A stretch of 64,000 bases of DNA from an uncultured bacterium (GCA_963746775.1 CAVVCK010000001.1:483151-547150), one strand, 5' to 3'. Numbered from the stretch's first letter, positions 20,524 to 31,339 are shown. Notes: a model not told the origin generated them from the sequence alone. Numbers and translations: made by a program.

Positions 20524-20793
20524 TTATTTAGCAATTGCAGTCTTTGCCGTAGCTTTCTTGACAGTTGGATTTATAAGGCTTGCTACCGTATCACTCATTT
20601 GCGCTCCATTGCCTACCCAGTAATCCACTCTATCCTTTTTAAATACTAATCCCAATTTATCTTCTTGATGCGGATCGTATGATCCAAGAATTTCTATAAA
20701 TTTACCTTTAATAGGCTTGGTATGCTCACAAACTACGATTCGATAAAAAGGCCTATTTTTCTTACCTACTCTGGTTAGTCTAATTTTTAACAT
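20524..20793 (-). CDS. rpsP: 30S ribosomal protein S16
   Basis: MLKIRLTRVGKKNRPFYRIVV ... matches the conserved S16 N-terminus. Confidence 0.85.
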   Translation of the reverse strand: MLKIRLTRVGKKNRPFYRIVVCEHTKPIKGKFIEILGSYDPHQEDKLGLVFKKDRVDYWVGNGAQMSDTVASLINPTVKKATAKTAIAK

Positions 20794-20844
20794 ATTTTTG
20801 TTATTTATAATTTATTAAATTAATTACTGTTGCTAAAATTATAT

Positions 20845-20972
20845 TAGAAAATAGTTATATAGAACTTGGAAATTAGTAATGAAAACTAGAAAATAGAAAA
20901 TAGATTAAATACTAATTTCCAACATCCAATTTCTATTACCAATTTCTATTTTCCAAACAACTAATTTCTATA
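20845..20972. repeat. TAGAAAAT-word imperfect palindromic intergenic repeat, copy 2
   Basis: GGAAATTAGTAATGAAAACTAGAAAATAGAAAATAG ... CCAATTTCTATTACCAATTTCTATTTTCC. Lies between rpsP and smc. Confidence 0.55.
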
Positions 20973-20976
20973 CATA

Positions 20977-23618
20977 CTACGCCACTGGAATATCATCTAG
21001 CTTCACTGAAAGTAATTTAGTAATACCACTCTTCTCCATCGTCACCCCATAAATAGCATTAGCCATTTTCATAGTTTCTCTGTTGTGGGTAATAGCAATA
21101 AATTGTGATTTATTGGCTACTGAAGTTAGAATATCAGCATACCTTTCTGAATTTGCCTCATCAAGCGCTGCGTCCACTTCATCTAAAACTATAAATGGTG
21201 AAGGATTATTTTCAATAATAGCTAGGATCAAGGCTATAGCAGTTAGAGCCTTCTCGCCACCAGATAACATAGATAAATTAGTTAGCTTTTTGCCTGGAGG
21301 GTTAGCTTTGATCTCAATAGAAGTATTAATATAATCGTCTTTTTCTTTTAATGTCAAATCTTCTGCTGCCCCCTCATTCTCCTCAGAACCATCCTCCTCA
21401 AATCTTTTTTTAATTAATTTAGCCTTGCCTCCGGAAAATAATACCTCAAAATATCGCTGGAAATGTTCATTGATATTTTTGAAAGAATTTTCAAATTTCT
21501 GGCCCATCATATCGTTCAAATCACCAATAACCTGACGCAAGGACTTCATGGCCTTATCTAAATCTTCCTTCTGTTCTGATAAGAAGGTATAGCGCGTCTG
21601 GCAATCTTCATACTCTCTTAGCGCTTCCATATCCGGTTCGCCAATTTGAATCAACTGATTTTTAATTCTATCAATCGTAGATCTTAGACATTTAACCTCA
21701 TTTTCTTCCTTTTGACAAGGGCTTTTAGTAAATTTAGCCATTAACTCTTCTAATCTATCCTTACTAAATATTTCTCCAATTTCCTGATTTATATTATTCC
21801 TCTGATCAGTAAATCTAGCCTCTTGAATTTCTATTTCAGATCTTCTATCTCTAATCTTATTTAATTCTTCCTGAATAATCCTATACTTTTTTTCTAATTC
21901 AAATATTTTTCCTCTCTCCGCTTCTTGAGCTGAAACAAAAGAAGATAATATTTTTTCTATTTCCTTAATTTTATTATTTAAATCGGACAATTGTTCACTA
22001 AATTCTTTTTTTTCTTTAAGCAATTGATCTATGGCTGGATTTTTATCAGCCTGTTTTTCCTTTGATTCTTGAAATTCTATTTTCTTTTCTAAAAATTTTT
22101 CTTCCTCACGTAATTTATTTAATTCTTCTTCTTTAAATCCATATTCTGTGGATAGTTTAACTTGTTCAACTTTAAAATTGTTGACTTCCTCGTCTGCCTT
22201 ATTTTTATCAATCAGTAATAAATCTAATTTACTTTGTATTTTTTGGACTTCCCTATTTTCTTCCACATCACTTTGCCCTTCTACCTCTTCTTTAATTTTA
22301 GCAATTAATTTTTCAAATTCTGTTTTATGATTTTTTATATCTTTCTTTAGAGCTTCTAGTTCTTCTAAGCTTTTAGCTGCTTCTATTTTTTCAATAATAA
22401 TTTCCTGGCTTTTATAAATTAATTCCAATTCTCTTAATAAACTACTCATCGTTACACTTGGTTTTTCCTCTGTTTGTTTTACTTTCTGTAAATCTGCTTG
22501 CAAATTACTTATTTCGACTAAAATATTTTTCTGGTTCTCTAATTTTTTACTAGCCTCATTTTTAATTTCTTCTATCTTTTCTCTTAAATCAAGGAGGCTT
22601 GATTCTAAATCAAATATTTTTCCGCCTACTCTTTCTTTCTGCTGATATAAATCTTGTAAATTATAGGATGACTTTTGCTCTTTAGCTAGCTGTATTCGTC
22701 CATCTATTAAAGATAATTCTTGCTCTAGTTTATTCCTTTTTTCTTTTAAAATACCTAATTGCTCTTCGTGTTTAGTCGCTTCATGGGTACTTTTTTTATT
22801 TTCTAGGTTATTTAATTTTTCTTTGATATTACCTAAATCTGTTTCAAAAAATCTCTCGTTTTGATTTATTCTATCACCTTCTTCAGTTAACTCTTTTAAC
22901 TTAATTTGATAGAAATTATAGAAAAAATTTAAATAAACCTCAGCAATCTCTTTTAATTCTTTTTCTAAACTTTCTTTCTTATAAACTTTACTAGCTTGTC
23001 TTTTTAATGATCTTAGCCGGGGTAAAATTTCTTCCAGCAATCCAGCAATTCTAATTAAATTCTGTTTGGTTAAATTTAATTTGTTTAAGCTTATCTGTTT
23101 TTTTATTTGATATTGTTTAATACCAGCGGCTTCTTCAAATAATTCTCTTTTCTCTTTAGGTCCAGCCTGCACTATCCGCTCAATCATACCTTGACCTATA
23201 ATACTATAAGTTTTTTGCCCAAAGCCAGCCTTAGCTAATAAACTCTGAATGTCTAATAACCTAGCCCTGGATTTATTAATAAAATATTCAGATTCACCTG
23301 ATCGATAAATTCTTCTAGTTAGAACCACGTCCGTATAATCAATAGGAATCTTTTGATCTTGATTATCTAAATATAAAGAAATTTCAGCCATGCCAGAACG
23401 GCCCTTGTCTTTAGAGCCTGCAAAAATAATATCTTCTGTCTTTTTGCCACGCAAAGTTTTCATGCTCTTCTCGCCCATGACCCAGCGTATAGCATCGGCA
23501 ATATTAGATTTACCTGAACCATTAGGACCTACCACCGCTGTAATCCCTGGTGCTAATTCTAGCCTAGTTTTGTCAGCAAAAGACTTAAATCCTTGTAATT
23601 CTATACTTTTTAAATGCA
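20977..23618 (-). CDS. smc: SMC chromosome segregation ATPase (short form, about 880 aa)
   Basis: N-terminal Walker A GPNGSGKSN ~30 aa from MHLKS. Long coiled coils. C-terminal signature LSGGEKALTAIALILAI ... VLDEVDAALD. Start chosen at MHLKSIELQGFKSF. Confidence 0.75.
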
Positions 23619-23816
23619 TAGTGTTTGGAAATTCCAATATTTAAATAGCAAAAACAAAATAAATTATAAATTACAAACAACAAATCTCTATTTTTTGTAA
23701 TTTGAGATTTAAAGTTTGTTTGTTATTTATTTTTTAGTATCTGTTATTTATTAAAGTATAACAGACTTATTTTGGCAAGTAAATTTATTTTTAATCCAAA
23801 AAATTTAAATAATTAA

Positions 23817-23862
23817 AAAGATCAACTTAGTCACACTTAATTAAATTGATCTTTTATTTAGC
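23817..23862 (-). terminator. intrinsic terminator downstream of dnaN (AAAGATCAA ... TTGATCTTT plus T-run)
   Basis: Inverted repeat with a U-tract in the minus-strand sense. Confidence 0.45.
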
Positions 23863-23885
23863 TTTTAAGTTTTATATTCCACATT

Positions 23886-24986
23886 CTACTTCTTAATCGG
23901 CATTATAATATAAAGATAGCTATCGTCATCAACTGCTTTCAAAACAGCTGGCCCACTATCATTATTAAAAAGTAACAACACTTCAGAACTCTTTATAGCC
24001 GATAGTCCTTCTAAAATATATTGGTGATTAAAAATAACTTTTTCGTCTTTACCTTCAATATTTAAAGTAGATAATTTTGTTTTACCAACTCCTACTTGTT
24101 TTGATTCCGCTTGAATAATAATTTCCTTATTTTTTAAATCAGTTTCAATGTTTACTTCATTAGTGTCTTGTTTAGAAAAAAGACTTGATGATTTTAGCGC
24201 TTGGATAAATTCATTCCTATTTAATTTTATTTTTACAGTACTACCATCAGGAATAATTTGTTTATAATCAGGATATTGCCCGTCAACTATTTTAGAAATA
24301 AAAATAACATTATCAAAGGAAAATTTTAATTGCCCCTCCGAACTCACTACTTCTATTGTATTGTCGCTATTAATAATTTTACCAACTTCTAATATAGTGT
24401 CAGCTGGTATAATATAATCATTTTCAACATTTACTTCTTCTGTTTTTACTTTCTTTTCAGCTAATCTATAGCTATCTGTAGCCGCTAGAAATGACTCTTT
24501 TTTGCCTAATTTTAACAAAATACCAGCAATTTCTGGCCTAGATTCATCCTTTGCACTTGCAAAGACGACTTTAGATATACTTGTCTTTAATTCATCCCCC
24601 TTAAACTTACAAATTATTTCTCCTTCAACTTCTGGGATTAAAGGAAATTCGTTAGGATCATAACATTTAATATCTGCTCTAAAATCATTACAAGCGAGAG
24701 TTAAAACGTCTCCTTCTAAGCTTAAAATAATTTTTTCTTGAGGAAGATTATTCACATAAGATAAAAATAATTGAGCTGGGATTACTGCTCTACCTTCTTT
24801 TTCTATTTTACCTCGAATATAATTTATAATTCCTATTTCTAAATTAGTGGCAGATAATTTTATTTGACCTTTCTCTACTTCCAGTAAAATATTTGAGAGT
24901 ATTGAAAGACTAGCTGATTTTTTTATACAGCTTGAAACTATATTTATCCCTTTTAATAAATTTTCTTTTGTACAAATTATTTTCAT
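23886..24986 (-). CDS. dnaN: DNA polymerase III beta sliding clamp
   Basis: 366 aa. Conserved three-domain pattern beginning MKIICTKENLLKGINIVS. Adjacent to dnaA. Confidence 0.8.
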   Translation of the reverse strand: MKIICTKENLLKGINIVSSCIKKSASLSILSNILLEVEKGQIKLSATNLEIGIINYIRGKIEKEGRAVIPAQLFLSYVNNLPQEKIILSLEGDVLTLACNDFRADIKCYDPNEFPLIPEVEGEIICKFKGDELKTSISKVVFASAKDESRPEIAGILLKLGKKESFLAATDSYRLAEKKVKTEEVNVENDYIIPADTILEVGKIINSDNTIEVVSSEGQLKFSFDNVIFISKIVDGQYPDYKQIIPDGSTVKIKLNRNEFIQALKSSSLFSKQDTNEVNIETDLKNKEIIIQAESKQVGVGKTKLSTLNIEGKDEKVIFNHQYILEGLSAIKSSEVLLLFNNDSGPAVLKAVDDDSYLYIIMPIKK

Positions 24987-25244
24987 ACTTATGCACCCTC
25001 TTAATTATTATTAAATATTTATATAAATAAATAGTAATAATAATAAGGGCTGTTAATATGTTTATAAAAAAGTTTTTCCTCTAAAATAAAACCAAAAGCA
25101 ATACATTATTAGTCTATTAAACTGTTAATTTTACAGTTAATAAAATCTAATAAAAAGGTGAATAACTTATAAATATTACTTTATTAGATTTTGTACGCAA
25201 GTTTCTACACAGAATATTCACTAAATAAAAGAACTTATCAACAA

Positions 25245-26657
25245 TTATTTTGAAAGTGGTGTTTGTAAAAGCTGCTGCCTAATAGCCTCTATTTCTTGCC
25301 TAATACTATCATTTTCCTCTATTTCTCGGGATACTTTATCACAAGCATGAATAGCAGTAGTATGGTCTCTTCCGCCAAGCTCTGATCCGATAGTAGGATA
25401 GCTTATTTTACCTTCATTGCGCATTAAATACATGGCAATCTGTCTTGGCCAGGCAACTTCTTTTTTACGGTTTTTAGCTAATAATTCATCTTTCTTAATA
25501 TTATAAAAAGAAGTAATAGTACTTATAATTTTATCAGAAGTTAGAGCCATTCTGGTGGGATTAATAGAAGTATTTGATAGAATATTTTTAGCCATACTTT
25601 CGGTGGGAAGTTCATTTTTTAACTGGCAGTGGGCAATAATTTTACTTAAAGCGCCTTCTAGTTCCCTAATATTATTTTGAATATTACGAGCAATATAATT
25701 AAGCACTTCTTCTGGCATAGCTAAATTTCTTTCCTTACATTTAAAAAATAAAATTGCTTTTCTGGTTTCTAGATCTGGCATACCTATATCGGCTACCATG
25801 CCTCCTTCAAAACGAGAAATTAATCTATCTTCTAATTCAGGAATAGCCTTAGGTGGTCTATCTGAAGTTAGTACTATTTGCTTGTTTTTCTGGTAGAGGG
25901 TATTAAAAGTATGGAAAAATTCTTCCTGAGTTCCTTCTTTGCCGCCCAAAAACTGAATATCATCAATTAAAAGAAAATCAGTGTTTCTATATCTATCTTT
26001 AAAAGATGATTCATGGTCCTTGCCTTTGTTCTTATGGATAAAAGTTATAAAATCATCAATAAATGTCTCACAAGTAACGTAAACTATTTTTTTAGACTTG
26101 TCATTTTTAATAATTTCATTGCCTATAGCCTGCATTAAGTGAGTTTTACCAAGCCCTACACCGCCATATATAAAAAGAGGATTGTAATTAGTACCAGGGT
26201 TATCTTTAACAGCCATGGCGGCAGCTCTGGCTAACTCATTGTTTTTACCAACTACATAATTTTCGAAAGTATATTTAGGATTAAAATCAAGTAAACCGCC
26301 ATTATTGGGATTATTTACAACAATATTTGTACTTTGGTTCTCTGCAGGGAAATTGAAGACTGGTATGATTGACTCTTTTTCTTTAAAAATGTTATTATTA
26401 CAACTTTTTTTACTTACTAATTCATAAGAAACCTTTTTAATTCTAGAATTAGTGGTATTTTGGAGGGCGTGGGCAATATCTTTATTATATTTACCTTGCA
26501 GCCATTCTTTTGTGAAATGATTTGGAACTCCTATAACGAATTCCCCGTCTTTATTGCAGACAATTTTTGTGTTTTTAAACCAAGTGGTAAAATTAGCTTT
26601 GCTTAGAGTGAGTTCTAATTCACCTAACACAGCCTCCCAGATTTGGTCATTATCCAT
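25245..26657 (-). CDS. dnaA: chromosomal replication initiator DnaA
   Basis: AAA+ Walker A GGVGLGKTHLMQAIGNE. DnaA signature ELGGRDHTTAIHACDKV in the C-terminal DNA-binding domain. Confidence 0.9.
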   Translation of the reverse strand: MDNDQIWEAVLGELELTLSKANFTTWFKNTKIVCNKDGEFVIGVPNHFTKEWLQGKYNKDIAHALQNTTNSRIKKVSYELVSKKSCNNNIFKEKESIIPVFNFPAENQSTNIVVNNPNNGGLLDFNPKYTFENYVVGKNNELARAAAMAVKDNPGTNYNPLFIYGGVGLGKTHLMQAIGNEIIKNDKSKKIVYVTCETFIDDFITFIHKNKGKDHESSFKDRYRNTDFLLIDDIQFLGGKEGTQEEFFHTFNTLYQKNKQIVLTSDRPPKAIPELEDRLISRFEGGMVADIGMPDLETRKAILFFKCKERNLAMPEEVLNYIARNIQNNIRELEGALSKIIAHCQLKNELPTESMAKNILSNTSINPTRMALTSDKIISTITSFYNIKKDELLAKNRKKEVAWPRQIAMYLMRNEGKISYPTIGSELGGRDHTTAIHACDKVSREIEENDSIRQEIEAIRQQLLQTPLSK

Positions 26658-27065
26658 ATTTTTTTATTTAGAGAATTAAAATATTTAAAAGAAATTTTTG
26701 TTTTATTTGAATGTATAAAAAATTATAGCACAATAATAAATTTTAAAAGGTCTAAATTGTTAACTGTTTGTTAACAAACTGTGGATGAAAGGTGGATATG
26801 TTTTTTAAAAAAGTAGTATAATACTTAAATACTAATGATTTTAAAATTCTTGTCAATTTAAACCACAAAAACACAAGAACAAAATAACATAAAAACAAAG
26901 CTGAGATTATTGTTTTGTTAAAATAAGTAATAATTAGTATTTTAATATTAGTATTTTTATAGTAAAATTACAGGGCAATTAAATAAAAAACACAAGCACA
27001 AAAAACATTAAAACAATATTAATAAGAAATTTGTTTTAAGGTTTTTATGTTTTAATATTGCAAAA
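26658..27065. other. putative chromosomal replication origin (oriC), upstream of dnaA
   Basis: 408-bp region with very low GC. Gene orientation switches here (all-minus to the left, plus to the right). Carries DnaA-box-like 9-mers TGTGGATGA and GGTGGATAT and the palindromes TTGTTAACAGTT/TGTTAACAA. Confidence 0.5.
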
Positions 27066-28733
27066 GTGTCACAAAAAATAAAGGAAAGAAAAAAAAGAGA
27101 GAAAAAAAATAAAATTATATTTAGTATTAGTGTTTTATTTATTACTATATTATTTATAATTTCAGGAGCTTACTATATTTATGCTAAATTTTTTGCTCCG
27201 CGCAAGATAGAATCATTTTTTCCTAAAGAAATTTCTTCCCTTTTTTTAGTTAAAAGTAATTTTACTACAGACGTAGGTGATAAATTAAAAAAACTTGGTT
27301 TAAAATTTGGAGATGAAAAATATTTTCAAAATTATTTAGAAGATTTAATATTTCCCAGGTTAAGAGATCAAAAATTAAATATTCCGGATGAAAAAGTTTT
27401 TGGTTGGAGGGGTGATTTTGTGGCTGTAGGAAGTATAAAAGTTAGTAATATTGAGAATACCCCTATTTTTGTAATACAAATAAAAAATCCGGCATTATGT
27501 GAAGAATTTTTAAGAACGTTAGAAGAGAACTTAGCTAATCGAGGTTATATTATTAACTCGGAAGAGTTTAGAGACAAAAAAGTTACTACTAACCGAGGCT
27601 TGAGTGATATTTCCTATGCCCTGTACGATAATTATTTGTTAGTTTCTGGTAAGCCAGATGGAGTAAAAAAAATGATTGATACAGCTCACGGTAAATTTGC
27701 TTCCATGGTAGAGGATTCACAGTATTTTAAAATGAAAAAGAAATTGTCTGAAAATGACTCAGTAGTTTTTAGCTATTTTGATCCGCTGGAGCTGGCTAGA
27801 GCTATACCAATTTTAAATCAAAGCAATCTTGATTCTATAGGAAAGCTTGGCATTAATGATTCTAATCTTCGCATGGGCATTACTTTTATTCCTGGCGCAC
27901 AAGGCATTGAAGCTAGGGTTTATAACCGCAATGATTACACTAAAGATATTAAAGGGGTAGGCAGAAATCTTGTTTTCGCTAAAAAAATTCCTTATGATTC
28001 CTTATTATATTTAGAAGGACGCGATATCGAATCGCTGCTAGAAGGTATTATATCAGGACAAGATGATACAGCTGATCCAGAAGCTACTATTTCGGCTTTA
28101 AAGAAATTAGTGGAAATGGAGACGGGTGTTGATTTAGATAAAGACTTATTTCAATATATCAACAAAAATTATGCTTTTTATATGCTTCCCAGTTCTGAAA
28201 AAGAAAGACTGGATTTAACGCTTGCTTTTGAATTATCTAAATCAGAAGAATTTAGTGGAAAAATAAATAAAATAGAAGATGCAGTTTTAAATTTAATCCA
28301 AAAATCATCAATTAAAGAAGAAATGTCAGGCCGGACTTTTACGGACCACAGCTACCAAAATATAAATTATAAATACTTAAATTTACCTGATAGCTGGCGG
28401 ATTGATTTAGTTATTGGACAGATAAATGATTATTTCTTCATAGCTAGTTCAGAAGAAGCTGCTCAAAATGTCATCGACGTTATTTTAGGCAGAATTCCTA
28501 AAGTGCTAGCGGATAGTAGTACTTTTAAGTCTTCTTATGAACTTTCTAAAAACAAGGATTCAGATATTTTCTTTTTTGGAGATATGCAAGAATTTACTAA
28601 GTATTTATCATATAATATGGATTTTAATTATGAAGATTTAGACCAAAAATTTAAAATTCTAGAAACGCTAAATTTGACCAGAGAAGAGAAATCGAGAGAA
28701 AATTATTATAATCTATTTTTAAAAGTAAGATAA
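27066..28733 (+). CDS. N-terminally membrane-anchored large extracytoplasmic protein, hypothetical
   Basis: 555 aa. Basic N-terminus plus a TM helix. Weak paralogy to the next gene (motifs DNYLLVSGKPDG and YKDYLIVSTDENLLEEAIQ). GTG start, so the start is uncertain. Confidence 0.45.
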   Translation: MSQKIKERKKREKKNKIIFSISVLFITILFIISGAYYIYAKFFAPRKIESFFPKEISSLFLVKSNFTTDVGDKLKKLGLKFGDEKYFQNYLEDLIFPRLRDQKLNIPDEKVFGWRGDFVAVGSIKVSNIENTPIFVIQIKNPALCEEFLRTLEENLANRGYIINSEEFRDKKVTTNRGLSDISYALYDNYLLVSGKPDGVKKMIDTAHGKFASMVEDSQYFKMKKKLSENDSVVFSYFDPLELARAIPILNQSNLDSIGKLGINDSNLRMGITFIPGAQGIEARVYNRNDYTKDIKGVGRNLVFAKKIPYDSLLYLEGRDIESLLEGIISGQDDTADPEATISALKKLVEMETGVDLDKDLFQYINKNYAFYMLPSSEKERLDLTLAFELSKSEEFSGKINKIEDAVLNLIQKSSIKEEMSGRTFTDHSYQNINYKYLNLPDSWRIDLVIGQINDYFFIASSEEAAQNVIDVILGRIPKVLADSSTFKSSYELSKNKDSDIFFFGDMQEFTKYLSYNMDFNYEDLDQKFKILETLNLTREEKSRENYYNLFLKVR

Positions 28734-28736
28734 AAT

Positions 28737-30557
28737 ATGGGTAAAATTAATATAAAGATAAGCAAAGACGGAATTAAAAAAATACATTTAGAAAATGTTC
28801 AGCATGGACCAGAATTGTCTGATATTAAAGAAAGCCGAGGTCATAAGAAAATGAATGTTAGCAACCAAGATGCTCCCAGAGTACTGAAAATAAAAGAAAA
28901 AAAGCCTAAAAAAAACGCTAAAAGAAGGTTTAAATTTAAAATAAGTTATTTGATTATTCCTCTTTTGGTAATTATTTTAGGTCTAGGGTTTTATTTTGGC
29001 TATAATTTATTAAAAAATGACAAAGTATTAAAAATTTTGCCTGAAAATACTGTTTTTTATAGTAAAATTGATTTAAAAAAAATTAAAAAAGACTATGTTG
29101 ATGGAAATTTAGGGAAGATTATTGACGCCCTATCTTCAAAAGATGAATTTAAAGAAGAAATTGCTCAAATAGTTAATGATAATATCTTAAATGATTATGG
29201 ATTAAATTTTAGGGCTGATATAGAGGGAGAAATTAAAAATGAAATATCGCTAGCGTCTTTTAAAGACAATAGTAATGAACTTAATTTGCACACAATAATA
29301 GCTTTAGAAGTAAAAAATAAGCAAAAAATAAAAGACATTATTAATAAAAGCGTAGATATTGATTATATTAATAATTATTCCTATGAAGGTTCAGATATTT
29401 ATGAAATTATTTTTAAAAATGAAAAAAATAATTTTTATTATACCTTCTCTAATAATTTTTTAATTTTAGCCAAAGACGATAGGGCGCTAGAAGAAATGCT
29501 AGATGTTGCTAATAAAAAGAAACTATCTCTAGCTAGTTACCAGCCGTTTAAAGATGCCGTGCCGTATGTTTATAGATTAGAAAATAATTATTTTTATACT
29601 AATTTAGCCTCGGTGTCATTTGACAATATAAAGGATCAAGATTTTTTTGGCTTAAAATTAAAAGATTCATTTTTCCTTTATGCTTATCTAAAAAAAATAG
29701 GACAAGCCTCTTTTTATTTAAAACCAGAGAGCAATGGTTTAAAATTATACGGACACACTGCTTATAATGCAGAAGAAAATATGGAAGTTAATATTTCTGA
29801 TTTTGCTATAGATAGAGCATCTTTAGTCTATAATGGCTATAATCTAGCAAAAGATTTTAATGATAATATAAACATATTTAATGAAGATGAAAAAAACAGC
29901 TCTTCTTTAAAAATGCTAGCTAGTAGCCTGCAGACAGAATATAATTTAAATCCAGCAGAAGATATTAGTCCTTTCTTCGAACAGGAAGCTGAAATTTCAG
30001 TTGTTTCAGAGGAAGGAAGAGATGAGTTGGTAGTTGTTCTAAAAGCTCAGGATAATACTGAAAATGAGAAAAGAATAAAGAAACTAGAAAATGCTGCTTC
30101 TCATTATTTTGGTATTTTGTATCCGCAGGAAAGTGAATTTGAATTAGCTGATGGATCGATTGCGCTTGAACTTTTTGCTAATGATGGTGCTTTTCCATTT
30201 GAAGATTTAAAATTAGGTGATATAAAAATAAGAAGCATTGTCAATCCTGGCATTCAGCAACATTATGCCTATGCTTTTTATAAAGATTATTTAATTGTAA
30301 GCACGGATGAGAATCTATTAGAAGAAGCAATACAAACTGAACAAGATAAAAATGGTTTAGCCTACAAACCAGAATTCAATAATCTTATAAATGGACAAAT
30401 AAGTGATAATAATATATTTTATCTAGACCTTATGAAAATATATGATAAAATGGGAACTTCTGATAACGGATTTTTAAATAGATTTAAGAAATTCATTTTA
30501 ACCGAAGAGAATAAGACAAAAGGGATGGATTTTATGGGAACGGTTTCAGTTGAGTAA
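28737..30557 (+). CDS. N-terminally membrane-anchored large extracytoplasmic protein, hypothetical (paralogue of the preceding gene)
   Basis: 606 aa. TM helix YLIIPLLVIILGLGFYFGY. Begins 3 bp after the upstream gene's stop. Confidence 0.45.
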   Translation: MGKINIKISKDGIKKIHLENVQHGPELSDIKESRGHKKMNVSNQDAPRVLKIKEKKPKKNAKRRFKFKISYLIIPLLVIILGLGFYFGYNLLKNDKVLKILPENTVFYSKIDLKKIKKDYVDGNLGKIIDALSSKDEFKEEIAQIVNDNILNDYGLNFRADIEGEIKNEISLASFKDNSNELNLHTIIALEVKNKQKIKDIINKSVDIDYINNYSYEGSDIYEIIFKNEKNNFYYTFSNNFLILAKDDRALEEMLDVANKKKLSLASYQPFKDAVPYVYRLENNYFYTNLASVSFDNIKDQDFFGLKLKDSFFLYAYLKKIGQASFYLKPESNGLKLYGHTAYNAEENMEVNISDFAIDRASLVYNGYNLAKDFNDNINIFNEDEKNSSSLKMLASSLQTEYNLNPAEDISPFFEQEAEISVVSEEGRDELVVVLKAQDNTENEKRIKKLENAASHYFGILYPQESEFELADGSIALELFANDGAFPFEDLKLGDIKIRSIVNPGIQQHYAYAFYKDYLIVSTDENLLEEAIQTEQDKNGLAYKPEFNNLINGQISDNNIFYLDLMKIYDKMGTSDNGFLNRFKKFILTEENKTKGMDFMGTVSVE

Positions 30558-30590
30558 ATGCTGGGGTTAGATTCTTAAAATATAAGCCCT

Positions 30591-30690
30591 CGGCCAGTTA
30601 GAAGTTTATGTAATAAAAGTATTTTTGCTGTTGTTTTTAAATTAAATTATAAACAACGGTATGTATTAGATTGCACATACTCCTAACTGG
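30591..30690. repeat. tRNA-5'-abutting hairpin element with terminal inverted repeats, copy 3
   Basis: CCAGTTAGAAG ... CTCCTAACTGG. Flanked by GCCCTCGG on the left and GCCCTCGT (tRNA 5' start) on the right, a TSD-like duplication. Confidence 0.55.
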
Positions 30691-30815
30691 CCCTCGTAGT
30701 TCAATGGATAAAACACCAGTCCGGTTATTCGACCAGATAAACCTTCTAAGTTGGTTATGTAGGTTCGCCAGGTCATTCGACCTGGCGCCCAGTCGGATGA
30801 CTGGGCGATTCCTGG
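30690..30815 (+). pseudogene. degenerate tRNA-Arg(TCT)-derived copy with two internal insertions, no 3' acceptor strand, ending in a terminator-like hairpin plus T6
   Basis: Colinear with the intact tRNA-Arg(TCT) at 31095 through the 5' acceptor, D-arm, anticodon loop CTTCTAA and T-stem. Interrupted by a 21-nt and a 40-nt insertion (hairpins CCAGGTCATTCGACCTGG and CGCCCAGTCGGATGACTGGGCG), then TTTTTT. Confidence 0.5.
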
Positions 30816-30831
30816 TTTTTTAATAAAGCAC

Positions 30832-31104
30832 ATGTATTATTTATATATACTTTTGTTAAAAAATAAGCAATTATACAAGGGATCAACTAGTGATTTAAAA
30901 CGAAGATTCAATGAACACAAAAACGGCAAAGTTAAATAAACTAAATACAGAAGACCTTTAAAATTAATACATTATGAAGCATATATATTAAAAAGCGATG
31001 CCGAAAGAAGAGAAAGGTTTTTAAAAACAACAGAAGGAAGAAGATTATTAAAACAACAAATAAAAGATATTCTAAATAAACATAGTAAACATACGCCCTC
31101 GTAG
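30832..31104 (+). pseudogene. GIY-YIG nuclease-family small protein gene interrupted by an in-frame TAA
   Basis: Translation MYYLYILLLKNKQLYKGSTSDLKRRFNEHKNGKVK-stop-TKYRRPLKLIHYEAYILKSDAERRERFLKTTEGRRLLKQQIKDILNKHSKH. GIY ... YIG-family core (YxGST ... RR ... EH ... G). The TAA at 30937 sits where the family has Tyr (TAY). The ORF's 3' end overlaps the first 10 nt of tRNA-Arg. Confidence 0.55.
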
Positions 31105-31166
31105 TTCAATGGACAGAACACCAGCCTTCTAAGCTGGTTATGTAGGTTCGATTCCTGCCGAGGGCA
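31095..31166 (+). tRNA. tRNA-Arg (TCT)
   Basis: GCCCTCGTAGTTCAATGGACAGAACACCAGCCTTCTAAGCTGGTTATGTAGGTTCGATTCCTGCCGAGGGCA folds canonically. Confidence 0.8.
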
Positions 31167-31266
31167 AGTTATTATGTTCTAGTTGTTGTAAATGTCAGAA
31201 CTGTTGTAATTGAAAAAATATTTAAAACATCTATAACAATTAGAATTGTTACAACATTTTATGCAG

Positions 31267-31339
31267 GGGCCTCTAGCTCATCTGGTAGAGCGCATCCATG
31301 GCATGGATGAGGTGAGGAGTTCGAGTCTCCTGAGGTCCA
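31267..31339 (+). tRNA. tRNA-Ala (GGC), G3-U70 present
   Basis: GGGCCTCTAGCTCATCTGGTAGAGCGCATCCATGGCATGGATGAGGTGAGGAGTTCGAGTCTCCTGAGGTCCA. Acceptor carries a G-U at 3:70. Confidence 0.85.

Noticed and set aside
21083-23644. Several 60-84-aa ORFs antisense within smc, and similar ones within the giant GH gene
   Set aside because: They are embedded antisense in long conserved genes.
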